Source of the DNA: Bdellovibrionales bacterium
GTDB taxonomy: Bacteria; Bdellovibrionota; Bdellovibrionia; Bdellovibrionales; UBA1609
Reading direction: 5' to 3'
NCBI GenBank assembly: GCA_027317865.1
Contig: DAHVQG010000005.1
Coordinates: 96,001 to 160,000, forward strand
Length of the DNA: 64,000 bases
Position 1 is the stretch's first letter. Every line of letters starts with the position of its first letter. A model generated the notes under the pieces. It did no database searches. It was not told where the DNA came from and saw nothing but the letters and a program-made list of their open reading frames with translations. A program made the translations under genes and the position numbers. This document shows positions 20,494 through 30,724 of this stretch, piece after piece.

Positions 20494-22376
20494 GACGTTT
20501 GGCGATTGCCAACCGTGGTGAAGTGGCGGTTCGAATCATTCGTGCCTGCCAAGATATGGGCGTTGAGACCATTCTACTTCATTCGGTAGCAGACATCGAC
20601 ACACTCGCTTACCGGCTAGCGGATGAACGCATCGCAATTGGTGCGGCTCCCGCAGCCGAATCATATCTTAATATCGAGCATAATATTGACGCCGCAAAGG
20701 CCGCCGGTGCGGATGCGATTCATCCGGGCTTTGGTTTTTTATCTGAAAATGCCGATTTTGCTCAAGCGTGTGAGCGCGCACGAATTGTGTTCGTCGGACC
20801 TTCGCCTGAAGCCATCCGGCTTTTTGGCGACAAAATTTCGGCCAAACGCCTTGTTGTTGAAGCGGGTGTACCTATTATTTCAGGTTACGACGGCGAAGAT
20901 CAAAGCGACGAGCGGTTGATGGCTGAAATCGAACGAATTGGGCTTCCGTGTATTGTCAAAGCGGCCGGTGGGGGTGGCGGGCGTGGCCTTCGCGTGGTGT
21001 CGGAAATGGCGTCAGCAAAAGCGGCCATTGACTCCGCAAGACGTGAATCGAAGGCCGCGTTTAATTCTGAAAAACTATTTATCGAAAAATATTTAGATCA
21101 TGCCAAACATATTGAGTTTCAAATTTTTGGGGACTCGTCCGGGCGCGTTCATTGTTTATTTGACCGCGAATGTTCGGTACAGCGGCGGCACCAAAAAATT
21201 ATTGAAGAAGCCCCGGCGGCAAACCTGCCACAAGAACTTCGTAATAAAATGGCCGAAGCCGCCGTTCGTATCGGCACGCGAGCTAAATATCGAGGGGCCG
21301 GTACGGTTGAGTTTCTCGTTCAAGACGGCGATTTTTATTTTATGGAGATGAATACGCGGTTGCAAGTTGAGCATCCGGTAACCGAAGAGGTTTTAGGAAT
21401 CGATCTGGTTAAAGCGCAAATTTTAACGGCCGAAGGGTCGAGCGTATTGTGGTCTTCCGATGATTTGTCGACACGCGGACACGCGATTGAATGTCGTATC
21501 TACGCGGAAGACTCTGATCATGGGGGAATACCCTCGACCGGAAAGCTTCAATACCTCTCGTGGCCGCACGGGCCGGGTCGGCGTTTTGAATGTGGCTTTG
21601 AGAGCGGCGATGTTGTGACTTCGTTTTACGACTCGATGATCGCAAAAGTGATCGTGTGGGATGAATCACGAGCGCGCGCGCTCGCCAAAATGCGCGAGAC
21701 ACTTAAGGAGTGTGTCGTCTTTGGCGTTAAAACGAACATTCCTTATTTGAAACAGATTCTTAAACACGCGGAATTTGTTGACGGAACAATGACCACTCGA
21801 TTTATAGGCGAACATTTCAAAAATGGAATTCCGCCGAGGGAATGGCCAGACGACCTTGATCAAATTGTCAAAATCGTCGTCGGTGGAGCTTATAATCCGC
21901 TCAGCCCATGGTCACTTGACGTGCGCTCGAAAGGCTCGCGTTTTTCTGTAGGGATAGGTGCAGTAGCAAAAGCGGAGCCAACGGTCGAGTGGCGTTTTGA
22001 AACTGACGGAAGGGTTCATCGAGTTCGGTATCTACAAAGCTATGGCGACCTGTGGGTGCATTTGGACGGAGAAACTTATTTTGTTGATTTGAAGGCAAGG
22101 CAAAAAGCTTCACGACAAAAACGCAGTGATTTGCAAGGTCAAAACGCAAAAACCAATATGATAGTAGCCCCAATGCCCGGAAAAGTGACAAAGGTGAACG
22201 TTCAAAAGGGTGATCGAGTTTCCCCCGAGCAAGTTCTCGTCGTGATAGAGGCTATGAAAATGGAATACAATTTGACGGCTCACGAAGCCGGTCACGTAAT
22301 TGCGGTTGAGGCAATTGAAGGGGCGCAAGTGGAGCTCGATCAAGTGCTCGTAAAGCTTGATAATGAAAATTCGTGA
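20481..22376 (+). CDS. liuD: Methylcrotonyl-CoA carboxylase alpha (biotin carboxylase plus BCCP)
   Basis: IANRGEVA, HPGFGFLSENA, ECSVQRRHQK, EAMKME biotin site. Confidence 0.93.
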   Translation: MGKIRRLAIANRGEVAVRIIRACQDMGVETILLHSVADIDTLAYRLADERIAIGAAPAAESYLNIEHNIDAAKAAGADAIHPGFGFLSENADFAQACERARIVFVGPSPEAIRLFGDKISAKRLVVEAGVPIISGYDGEDQSDERLMAEIERIGLPCIVKAAGGGGGRGLRVVSEMASAKAAIDSARRESKAAFNSEKLFIEKYLDHAKHIEFQIFGDSSGRVHCLFDRECSVQRRHQKIIEEAPAANLPQELRNKMAEAAVRIGTRAKYRGAGTVEFLVQDGDFYFMEMNTRLQVEHPVTEEVLGIDLVKAQILTAEGSSVLWSSDDLSTRGHAIECRIYAEDSDHGGIPSTGKLQYLSWPHGPGRRFECGFESGDVVTSFYDSMIAKVIVWDESRARALAKMRETLKECVVFGVKTNIPYLKQILKHAEFVDGTMTTRFIGEHFKNGIPPREWPDDLDQIVKIVVGGAYNPLSPWSLDVRSKGSRFSVGIGAVAKAEPTVEWRFETDGRVHRVRYLQSYGDLWVHLDGETYFVDLKARQKASRQKRSDLQGQNAKTNMIVAPMPGKVTKVNVQKGDRVSPEQVLVVIEAMKMEYNLTAHEAGHVIAVEAIEGAQVELDQVLVKLDNENS

Positions 22377-22388
22377 AGGATTTATTTT

Positions 22389-23315
22389 ATGAAGGATCGA
22401 ATTCAAATTGTCGAAGTCGGACCTAGAGATGGTTTGCAAAACGAAAAGCTGCCGCTCGACTTGTCGGTGCGCGTAGATCTCATACGAAAACTTGCAGAAG
22501 CGGGTTTGCGGCGAATAGAGATTGGCGCGTTTGTTTCGCCGAAATGGGTCCCGCAAATGTCCGGCAGCGTGGAGCTAGTACGCGAAATCATGAAACTAAG
22601 AGACGCCCGCACATTCAGTGAAGATACAAGGTTTACGTGTCTTGTTCCAAATGTTCGAGGGATGGAAGACGCTTTAAAATCCGGGATCACCGAAGTCGCC
22701 ATTTTTGGGGCTTGCAGTGAGACGTTTTCGAAAAAAAACATCAACTGTTCAATTGCCGAAAGTTTTATCCGGTTTCGGCAAGTGATGGAAATGGCTCGCT
22801 ACCATAAAATTCGCGTGCGAGGGTATCTGTCAACGGCGTTTGGCTGCCCCTATGAGGGCCGCGTGTCTGAAGCACGCGTTATTCGCCTTGTTCGCGCTAT
22901 GATCAAAATGGGCGTTTACGAAGTATCGGTTGGCGATACGATTGGCGTTGCAACGCCTAAACAAGTGGAGTCACTCCTTAAAAAGATAAAACGAATTGCT
23001 CCGTTATCGAAAATTGCCATGCACTTTCACGATACGCGCGGGACGTCACTGGCCAATGTTTATGCAAGCCTTCGTTTGGGGGTCAGAACTTTCGACGCGA
23101 GCGTAGGCGGTCTTGGTGGGTGCCCCTACGCCAAAGGAGCGACCGGGAATTTAGCCACCGAAGATCTTTTATACCTGTTAAAGGGCATGGGTTACAAACT
23201 CACGCCGAATATCCAGAAGATTTTGCCCATTAAAAAAATGTTAGAAGAAAAGCTGGGTCGCGAACTGCCCTCGCATGTGGGCAAAGCCGGGTCGTGGCTT
23301 GTCGAAGAGATTTAA
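22389..23315 (+). CDS. liuE: Hydroxymethylglutaryl-CoA lyase
   Basis: EVGPRDGLQNE, HFHDTRG, GGLGGCPYA. Confidence 0.95.
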   Translation: MKDRIQIVEVGPRDGLQNEKLPLDLSVRVDLIRKLAEAGLRRIEIGAFVSPKWVPQMSGSVELVREIMKLRDARTFSEDTRFTCLVPNVRGMEDALKSGITEVAIFGACSETFSKKNINCSIAESFIRFRQVMEMARYHKIRVRGYLSTAFGCPYEGRVSEARVIRLVRAMIKMGVYEVSVGDTIGVATPKQVESLLKKIKRIAPLSKIAMHFHDTRGTSLANVYASLRLGVRTFDASVGGLGGCPYAKGATGNLATEDLLYLLKGMGYKLTPNIQKILPIKKMLEEKLGRELPSHVGKAGSWLVEEI

Positions 23316-23317
23316 CC

Positions 23318-23333
23318 TGGCGAGCATTTTGCT
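23318..23333 (+). promoter_or_regulatory. Putative sigma54 promoter
   Basis: TGGCGAGCATTTTGCT (GG-N10-GC) fills the 30-bp gap before the next ORF. Confidence 0.5.
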
Positions 23334-23345
23334 TAGTCAAAAGAC

Positions 23346-24791
23346 TTGATGGGTCGATTTCTTGCTCTTTTGTCTTCTATTATAAGCCTGTTTACTTTGA
23401 GCTGGATTTTGGGTCGCTGGCTGCAGCCACAGCAGTGTATTAATTCCAGCTTGGTGAGTAAAGTTGTCTTAAGTTCTGGCGCCCCAGCGGTACAACAGTG
23501 CTCGGCCGAGACGCGGCTCTTTGGCGCAAAAGTAAGTCCAGATGTCGTTCGCTCAAACCTTTTGGAGAGGCTTAGTTCACTCCAGCGGATTGTGCCGCTA
23601 TTAAGCAGTGTCTTCCCGACAACTATTCATATTCAAGAGCGGATCAAGCACCAGCTTCTTATTACGCCAGGGCGAATTGACATCAGCTCCGATGTTCTTA
23701 TGAAACCAAAAATTTTGGAACGGGCCGTACTATTTGCGCAATTTCCAACCGATTCTGATTTTTCGGCAGCGGTAAAAAGCGAATTTCTCTTAGACGAAAA
23801 CCTCTGGGGAGTGAATGATCATTCGAATGGCTCAAGTGACTCGTGGATTGCAAATCTGAAAGGGCTTGGAAATTATTGTCGTTCCCGTCACGTGATTGTG
23901 GCGCATCAGACCTATTGTGACATTCATAACGAATACGGCGATAGCTTCATTGTGGATCAAAAACTCGGACCAACGAGTTGGGGCCTAGTGCCGGTGTTTG
24001 TGAGAAGTCTAGAAAAGGCCTACGCGGCTCTGGGGATTAGGCAGAAAGAGCGGTTTTTAAAAAATCTTATTTTTTTGGATGAACCGAGCATCAATTCGAT
24101 CGATTCGTTAAAAAACCCAAAATCGCTGGCAAGAGCGAATTCAGATTTTGTAAGTATCGTGAATAACTGGTTGATGCCGCTGATGTTAAATAAAAGCGCA
24201 AGACAAGCTGCGCTGCGAGCGGTGTCGATACCAAAGCGCGATCCGATTCGATATATGGTCATTGATCGCTCTTCGCGGGACGTGTTCCCGATCGAAAAAA
24301 TTGAAATGGGCGAATGGCCGAGCCCGCATATTCTAACGTTCGTTGAATATGGGATCAGGCAATACGTGCTATCAAGCGATGTCACTCACGAGTTTAACCG
24401 CGCGAAATTATTTAAGCGGCATCAGGTCAACCGAGTGATTTACGTTTCGTGCCGAATTCCATCTGTTAATAATCTTGTACAATTCGGCGGTGGAGTGAAA
24501 CGCGTTTTATTTGTTCGCGAATGTTCGCCTCGGGATGTGAACTGGCCGCAAGCGTTAACATTAGGGTTGCGCCGGTATTTGAGCTTGCATCCAGGCGAAG
24601 AATTTATGGAGTTTAATTTGTCGTCGCTTAGGCTCGCTCGACACTTAGAAGGCCCGCTTGAGAATCCGGACCGGCTTTCAAGTTGGGGGCGATGGCTCAA
24701 ATGGCAAAGCGTCGTAACAGACGAAACGGAGCCGACGGCGCTTCGCCCTCTTGCCGTGATTGACGGCGTACGTCGGTTTCGGATGTACTAA
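23346..24791 (+). CDS. Hypothetical membrane-anchored/periplasmic protein
   Basis: 481-aa ORF, N-terminal TM, several Cys; no recognised family. Confidence 0.75.
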   Translation: MMGRFLALLSSIISLFTLSWILGRWLQPQQCINSSLVSKVVLSSGAPAVQQCSAETRLFGAKVSPDVVRSNLLERLSSLQRIVPLLSSVFPTTIHIQERIKHQLLITPGRIDISSDVLMKPKILERAVLFAQFPTDSDFSAAVKSEFLLDENLWGVNDHSNGSSDSWIANLKGLGNYCRSRHVIVAHQTYCDIHNEYGDSFIVDQKLGPTSWGLVPVFVRSLEKAYAALGIRQKERFLKNLIFLDEPSINSIDSLKNPKSLARANSDFVSIVNNWLMPLMLNKSARQAALRAVSIPKRDPIRYMVIDRSSRDVFPIEKIEMGEWPSPHILTFVEYGIRQYVLSSDVTHEFNRAKLFKRHQVNRVIYVSCRIPSVNNLVQFGGGVKRVLFVRECSPRDVNWPQALTLGLRRYLSLHPGEEFMEFNLSSLRLARHLEGPLENPDRLSSWGRWLKWQSVVTDETEPTALRPLAVIDGVRRFRMY

Positions 24792-25147
24792 ATCCCATGC
24801 TTCACGTTTAGCGGTTCATTTTTCGTATTTACGTAAACCAATCGCGGGTTATGGGCCGCAGCCTCTTCAGAAGAATAATCGGCGTAGGCACAAATGATCA
24901 CGGTGTCACCTTTTTGAACTTTTCTGGCAGCAGCGCCGTTTAAACAAATACCACCTGGCGCCCCGTAAATGACGTAAGTTGAAAACCGTTCGCCGTTATT
25001 GCAGTTATATATATCAACCTGCTCGAACGGCAAGAGACCGGCCAAATCGCAAAGTTTCGGGTCGATAGAAATAGACCCCTCATAATTGAGATCGGCATCA
25101 GTGACGGTTGCGCGATGAATTTTACATTTTAACATTTTGTTGATCAT
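24788..25147 (-). CDS. panD: Aspartate 1-decarboxylase
   Basis: [16 protein letters not shown] self-cleavage site, [15 protein letters not shown]. Confidence 0.97.
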   Translation of the reverse strand: MINKMLKCKIHRATVTDADLNYEGSISIDPKLCDLAGLLPFEQVDIYNCNNGERFSTYVIYGAPGGICLNGAAARKVQKGDTVIICAYADYSSEEAAAHNPRLVYVNTKNEPLNVKHGI

Positions 25148-25964
25148 GAGTTTCTCCTGCTTGTTTTTTTACCGTCCGCTTTGTTGGCAATAGGTTAAGC
25201 TGAAGCGCCAAGTGGATTCCCTGAAGTACAAGATCGGGAATTTCAACGTCAAACACTTGAGCAGTATCAAAAACGCTTGCAAACCCTCCCGTACCGATGA
25301 CGCGAACGGCAGCTTGATCGCCAAAAGCCTCACGGCGCAAGCGCGTAGTTATTTCGCGAATTGCACCGATAGCTCCAAAATAAAGTCCGGACTGAATTCC
25401 TTCGACCGTTGAGCGCCCCAGCGCTTCAGCGGGTTTTAAGATTTCAACGGCCGGCAGTTTTGAAGTATTCGACACAAGGGCCCGCATCGAAATACGAATA
25501 CCGGGCATAATGGCGCCACCCAAAAATTCGCGTTTGGCATTAATCGTACAAAAAGTCGTAGCCGTGCCCATGTCAATGATAATCAAATTTTCATTCGGGA
25601 ACAGTTGAACTGCGGCGACGGCGTTAGCGATACGATCAGAGCCAAGTTCAAGTGGGTTGCGATACCTGATATTTAGCCCGGTTTTTACGCCCGCCTGTAA
25701 AATAAATGGTTCTTGTTTATTAAAATACTTGCGGCAAGCATTTCGCAATGAATGTAGAAGCTCGGGCACAACAGTGCATACGCCGATTCGGGCTATTTGA
25801 TCGGGGTCGATATCATTTTCGCGAAGAACGGAACGCAAAAATACACCGATTTCATCTGAGCTGCTGGCGGATTTAGACGAACGACGGAATTGAAAAAGAA
25901 GTTCATTCTTGTCAAAAACGCCGCCATAAATTTGGCTGTTGCCGATATCGAGACACAAAATCAT
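25122..25964 (-). CDS. coaX: Type III pantothenate kinase
   Basis: [30 protein letters not shown]. Confidence 0.96.
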   Translation of the reverse strand: MILCLDIGNSQIYGGVFDKNELLFQFRRSSKSASSSDEIGVFLRSVLRENDIDPDQIARIGVCTVVPELLHSLRNACRKYFNKQEPFILQAGVKTGLNIRYRNPLELGSDRIANAVAAVQLFPNENLIIIDMGTATTFCTINAKREFLGGAIMPGIRISMRALVSNTSKLPAVEILKPAEALGRSTVEGIQSGLYFGAIGAIREITTRLRREAFGDQAAVRVIGTGGFASVFDTAQVFDVEIPDLVLQGIHLALQLNLLPTKRTVKKQAGETHDQQNVKM

Positions 25965-27205
25965 GTTTGCACCTCATTTTGTCGGCGGGGCGAATCGCCT
26001 TCGATAAGCGACATGAGAATTTTAGCCAAATCAAAAGTACCTTTTACCGCAAGCGGCGGCTGGCCTTTTGAATAAATCGTAAACTCGCGGCGATGGCTTG
26101 CTTGTTCAGAGTCGCTGAGATCATTATGGACCACAAAATCCACTCCCGGAGAATTGAGGAGCTTAAGAGAAGCTTGTTCCCGGTCTTGATGATTTGCCGA
26201 TTTAGTAAGCTTAAAGGCAATCACTTTGAGCTTTAAATCGCGCGCGTATTCTTTAAGAAGGTTCACGATTTTAGGGTTACGTTTGAGCTGTAAAACCATT
26301 CGGTTATCAGATGACAGTTTAACTTCGGCGGAAGGCGAAAACGTTTTTTCGCCGACCCCGATGGCTTCGACTGAGAAGTCGCTGACCGCGGCGACGTGAA
26401 TAACCGCTTGATGGGGGCGCGCACGAAGTCGCTCGCGGAGGCTTTCATTTAAGTCGGCATGCGTCTCAAATTGTGAAACTATCGGTGCATTGACTGGAGT
26501 GACGGAACTACGAGCCGCAATGGCCGCCACGTCAAAACCGCTTTCATAAAACAAGTCGGCAAGCTCGGCGCCAGTTTGCCCGGTGCTAGTATTAGTGATG
26601 GCGCGAACACCGTCAATTACCTCACGCGTCCCGCCGAAGGTTATGAGTACTGAAATGTTCTTCGCAACGCGAAGGGCGTTCGTTATATGTCGTTCGATTT
26701 TTTCTGGCTCGGCCATACGGCCGACGCCAATTTCGCCACAGGCGAGTAAACCTTCATCCGGTTCGATGAGTGTAGCGCCGTACGATTTGAGAAGACGCAC
26801 ATTTTCTTGCGTAGCCGGATGGGACCACATTTGAACATTCATCGCCGGGGCGATCAAAAAAGGTTTATTACGTTCGAAGGCAAGTGCCGTGGCGCTGAGT
26901 AAATCGTTTGCTTCGCCTCGCGCAAGTGACGTTAAATGCTGTGCTGAAAGCGGTGCAATGACGAAAATATCTGCCCACCGTGCAAGACGAATATGATCCA
27001 TCATATTGCCGCGTTCAAAGAGGCTTGCGTTGACGGGCCGACCGGTAAGACCCTCAATTGTCGCTTCACCTAGAAATTTCAGTGCGCTCTGCGTGGCAAT
27101 AACCTCCACTTCGTTTCCGTGCTTTATGAGTCGAGAAATAAGTTCGGCGCTTTTGTAAGCAGCAATTGAGCCGGTAATGCCGATAAGTATTTTATTTGGT
27201 TTCAC
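25961..27205 (-). CDS. coaBC: Phosphopantothenoylcysteine decarboxylase/ligase
   Basis: GITGSIAAYK, APAMNVQMW, LACGEIGVGRM, GGTREVIDGVR.ITN.STG. Confidence 0.96.
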   Translation of the reverse strand: MKPNKILIGITGSIAAYKSAELISRLIKHGNEVEVIATQSALKFLGEATIEGLTGRPVNASLFERGNMMDHIRLARWADIFVIAPLSAQHLTSLARGEANDLLSATALAFERNKPFLIAPAMNVQMWSHPATQENVRLLKSYGATLIEPDEGLLACGEIGVGRMAEPEKIERHITNALRVAKNISVLITFGGTREVIDGVRAITNTSTGQTGAELADLFYESGFDVAAIAARSSVTPVNAPIVSQFETHADLNESLRERLRARPHQAVIHVAAVSDFSVEAIGVGEKTFSPSAEVKLSSDNRMVLQLKRNPKIVNLLKEYARDLKLKVIAFKLTKSANHQDREQASLKLLNSPGVDFVVHNDLSDSEQASHRREFTIYSKGQPPLAVKGTFDLAKILMSLIEGDSPRRQNEVQT

Positions 27206-28041
27206 GGTGTGGCTCCTAGCGTTGTTGTAGCTGCGCCTTGTTCGAAGTTATTTGTGGGGCTCACGTGAATTGAAACATTATCAATAAGACGCACGCCTTC
27301 AAACCAGACGGCGGCCAATCTTCTCCCCCAGTGTTCTTCAACGTATTCCACCTGAAAACCAAGCCGCGATAGCTCACGCAGGGCAATTGCGGAACTATCC
27401 GCCGTTTTGAGAGTTTCAAAAAGTTTAGACGCGTAAACGCGACCAATTGCGGATAAACGTTCGTTTCGCGAGCTCATGGCAAGGCCCGAACTTTCGCGGA
27501 CAATGGGGCAGGCGACAATTTCAGTTTCAATAAAAAAAGTGCTAGCCATACGCTTAATGAGCCGCATTTGTTGAAAATCCTTTTCGCCCATATAGCATCG
27601 ATTCGCGCGTACAAGATTGAGAAGTTTCATGACAACGGTTAACACGCCATCGAAATGACCGGGGCGAAAAGCTCCGCAAAGAATTTTGCTTTCTTCGCAC
27701 TCGCTGAGCCGAAAGCGATATTGATCTTCGTACATTTCGCTCTCGCTCGGGAGGAGCAAATAATCTACGTTATGGCCGTGCAAAAATTCGATATCGCGCG
27801 CGATGTCGCGCGGGTATTTAATTAAATCTTCGGCATTATTAAACTGTGTGGGGTTAACGAATATACTCGCTACGACGACGTTGTTTTCGCGTCGCGCCTG
27901 TTCAACAAGCGACAAATGACCGTTGTGAAGCGCGCCCATGGTCGGTATAAATCCGATCGTATTTTGTTTTGTGCGGGTACCCGAAATATCGAACTCGCGC
28001 CGCTCGCATTGCCAATCTTTGAGGCTTTCAAGTATTTTCAT
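27202..28041 (-). CDS. panC: Pantoate-beta-alanine ligase
   Basis: PTMGALHNGH, SIFVNPTQF, RPGHFDGV, GEKDFQQ, AMSSRN; true start at 28041 overlaps the panB stop (ATGA). Confidence 0.96.
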   Translation of the reverse strand: MKILESLKDWQCERREFDISGTRTKQNTIGFIPTMGALHNGHLSLVEQARRENNVVVASIFVNPTQFNNAEDLIKYPRDIARDIEFLHGHNVDYLLLPSESEMYEDQYRFRLSECEESKILCGAFRPGHFDGVLTVVMKLLNLVRANRCYMGEKDFQQMRLIKRMASTFFIETEIVACPIVRESSGLAMSSRNERLSAIGRVYASKLFETLKTADSSAIALRELSRLGFQVEYVEEHWGRRLAAVWFEGVRLIDNVSIHVSPTNNFEQGAATTTLGATP

Positions 28042-28865
28042 TCGTAGCTCTCTTTCAGCGAAGGGAATGCTCCCGAAGATACATCGCGAGCATAGGAGTT
28101 GAGAGCTTGGGTAAATATTTCGGCGCCAGCGCAATAGCTTCGAACGAACCGCGGGCGAAACTCCGTGTTGAGGCCCAAAAGATCTTGCCAGACTAGAACT
28201 TGTCCGTCGGTGTCGGGGCCGGCGCCAATGCCAATTGTGGGAATGCTTAAGTTTTGCGTGATTTGTCTCGCTAAGGCGCTCGGGACGCATTCGAGGACGA
28301 TCGAAAACGCACCAGCCTCTTCAAGGGAGCGTGCGGCAGCGAGCAAGCGTTCGGCGTCACTTACTTCCCGCCCCTGTACGCGAAAGCCGCCGAGTTGATG
28401 AACGGATTGGGGAGTGAGCCCGATGTGACCCATCACAGGCACGCCAGACTCAACTAGATGACGGACAAAATCTTCGTTACCGACTGCACCCTCAAGCTTT
28501 ACAGCGTGAGCGCCCGTTCGCATGAGCCGCTCAGCAGCCTCAACGTTTGCGCGTAGATCCTTTCGGTATGAAAGAAAAGGTAGATCAGCAACAACAAACT
28601 TTTTGGTTTTTTGAGCGTCGTTTAGACTCGACGCGGATTGCGCTTGCACGGCGCGCGCGACCGAAGCCGAATGAAGCTCCATCATTTCGATAGTGGCCGG
28701 CAACGTAGATGCAAAACCGTGCATGGTCATGGCGGCGCTGTCACCAACCAAAAGAACGTCAATATCGGTTCTGGCGGCGATACAAGCACTTGTGTAATCG
28801 TAGACAGTAACCATTGAAATTTTTTGCCCCGATTTTTTGCGTTTTTTAAAATCAAGTACGTTCAT
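28038..28865 (-). CDS. panB: Ketopantoate hydroxymethyltransferase
   Basis: LLVGDS, VKLEG, GHIGLTPQS, IGIGAG..TDGQVLV. Confidence 0.97.
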   Translation of the reverse strand: MNVLDFKKRKKSGQKISMVTVYDYTSACIAARTDIDVLLVGDSAAMTMHGFASTLPATIEMMELHSASVARAVQAQSASSLNDAQKTKKFVVADLPFLSYRKDLRANVEAAERLMRTGAHAVKLEGAVGNEDFVRHLVESGVPVMGHIGLTPQSVHQLGGFRVQGREVSDAERLLAAARSLEEAGAFSIVLECVPSALARQITQNLSIPTIGIGAGPDTDGQVLVWQDLLGLNTEFRPRFVRSYCAGAEIFTQALNSYARDVSSGAFPSLKESYE

Positions 28866-29686
28866 AGAAATTCCCCCCTCGACAGTTCACCGGTTGGTAG
28901 GCGTGGTTCGGCCTGTTCACTATCGGGCGAATTGGCTCGTTTGAAAAAATAGTTCACAAATGAGTAATAAAGAGACTGTTCAATGGTGCCCTGAAGGGCA
29001 TCGAGGTGTTGAATGAGTGTTTTTGAGTCGCCTCTTTGTAAAGGGCCAGTAAGAACCGACTTCATCTGGTTTGCTTTTAATTCTAGAGCCAAGTTCTCAC
29101 ACGTGCGCTCGAGGTATGGCAAAAGCACTGAGCGCGGCAAACCGAGTTCGTGGTCAAATTTTCGAAAAGCGGTCTCCCAGAGAAGAGTAGTAAAATTGCC
29201 GGCCATCGTGCACAGCGCGTGGTAGTACGCCTTTTTTTCGGGCGCTAAAAAATAACAGGGGTTGGGCAGTCCTGGCAAAAGCTCGTCAAAAGAACGAGCT
29301 TCAACACCCGGTCGTGCGGTCTCGCATACAAAGGGAATTTTTTTGTAAAAATCAAAATCATATAAGTCGTGCCCAAAGGTCATAAGCGGATGCACGCCGA
29401 ATATTTTAGGGTGATTCAAGGCTCCTGAAAAATGAAGCGTCTTATCACGAGGCAAAAAAGGATGAGACTCAAAAAATTCAGAAATTGCGGAGTCACTGAT
29501 CAGGAGCAGAATTCGATCGGCTTCGTTGGCGAGAGTTTCGAGCTCAGCGTCGCCCGTAACCACGGCGCGAAAATCATCGCGTTGATGTCTAGCCCAAACT
29601 CGGTGAGGAATGCAAAGAAGTGAGAAATAATGATCAAAATGTTTCGCGCATCGGCCGTTACCGATGATGAGGTAATTTATCGCCAT
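28862..29686 (-). CDS. panG: Rossmann-like DUF2520 protein, probable PanG-type ketopantoate reductase
   Basis: IIGNGR, HFSGAL, HPLMTF, YHALC, LTGPLQRGD; first gene of the pan operon. Confidence 0.78.
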   Translation of the reverse strand: MAINYLIIGNGRCAKHFDHYFSLLCIPHRVWARHQRDDFRAVVTGDAELETLANEADRILLLISDSAISEFFESHPFLPRDKTLHFSGALNHPKIFGVHPLMTFGHDLYDFDFYKKIPFVCETARPGVEARSFDELLPGLPNPCYFLAPEKKAYYHALCTMAGNFTTLLWETAFRKFDHELGLPRSVLLPYLERTCENLALELKANQMKSVLTGPLQRGDSKTLIQHLDALQGTIEQSLYYSFVNYFFKRANSPDSEQAEPRLPTGELSRGEFL

Positions 29687-29736
29687 TTTGGTACCTGTCC
29701 AATTCTGTTTTGTGGATCAAGTCCTATTAGGAGATG

Positions 29737-29765
29737 AAGCTAACACGGTTGAACTGGTCGGGCAA
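29737..29765 (-). promoter_or_regulatory. Putative sigma70 promoter of the pan/coa operon
   Basis: TTGCCC-17 nt-TAGCTT with an extended TG. Confidence 0.5.
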
Positions 29766-29833
29766 CGGCATTGTTTTATGAGCTGGACAGCGCGCAAATC
29801 TTTCGCTAAAGCCGCGTGAGAGGTTTAAATTCT

Positions 29834-30724
29834 ATGAGTTCGACTCCGCGTAAACTGACAACATTTGAGCGTGTTTTTCTGTCGTCTTTGGCCGGCGTTT
29901 GCGTACTGTTTACCATCGTTGGCATCCTAAATTTCTTTCGAGGAGTTTCGACGCTGCCGATGCTTAAACCGATTATGGAGTTGACTCATTTCGACGAGCC
30001 CGAACAAATCGGCGCCGTTTTATATCGCCGGTTTTATGTCGAAGTCGGATCTCATCCTGTGATTGTATTCGGTGGGGAAAACAAAACAAGCGCGCGCGTG
30101 TGGAGGGGCTTTCAAGAAGTCGCCTCCCGCGAGTTTAAAATTCACTTTCAAAATGTTTCAGAAAAAGATCTCGACAGGCTGAAAGTTGAGACAAAAACGG
30201 GTAACTCGCGCAAACGTATTATAGTCGTAAGCTCACCTGACAAAATAAAAGAATTTCAAAAGCGTTTGCCACACGCGCTCTTGTTTTTCGAAATGCCGTT
30301 GCCGCTGACCCGGGCCGAACTTACGCAAACAAGATTAAGGTGCCCCGATTCGCAATTTGCCTGTTGGGAATTTGCGGCCGGGGATTCAAAGCGCTTTCGA
30401 TTTTTCTCTCGCGACTCAAAAAAGGTTAGCCGCACGAAATGGGCTGCGGTCATAATGCAGCTTGCAAGTGATCCGAATACAATTCTTGTTTTTGTTCATA
30501 ACCCGACTTCAGGCAAACAAAAAGTCGCGCGACTTGGTGGTTCGCCTTCACACCATCTCGTGGGGGAGCGGGCGTTTCATGGAGCGGTAATAAGTACGCG
30601 GCGACATTTTCAAAAGGTGGCTGAGGCGCGCGGTGTAAATGCAAGCAAAACGCTCCACTTGGTAAGCGAAATAACTTTCTTCAATGCCCGTACGCATAAT
30701 CTCGCCCCACTGAGGATTAAATAA
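29834..30724 (+). CDS. Hypothetical membrane-anchored protein
   Basis: GAGAGG RBS, N-terminal TM; 3' end overlaps the convergent nucleotidase gene. Confidence 0.65.
   Translation: MSSTPRKLTTFERVFLSSLAGVCVLFTIVGILNFFRGVSTLPMLKPIMELTHFDEPEQIGAVLYRRFYVEVGSHPVIVFGGENKTSARVWRGFQEVASREFKIHFQNVSEKDLDRLKVETKTGNSRKRIIVVSSPDKIKEFQKRLPHALLFFEMPLPLTRAELTQTRLRCPDSQFACWEFAAGDSKRFRFFSRDSKKVSRTKWAAVIMQLASDPNTILVFVHNPTSGKQKVARLGGSPSHHLVGERAFHGAVISTRRHFQKVAEARGVNASKTLHLVSEITFFNARTHNLAPLRIK

Noticed and set aside
28042-28290. 83-aa N-terminal extension of panC
   Set aside because: Lies inside panB in another frame; ATGA coupling marks the start at 28041
29687-29815. pan RNA motif or riboswitch upstream of the pan operon
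   Set aside because: The predicted leader is under 50 nt and I see no convincing tandem hairpins; an Rfam scan would settle it
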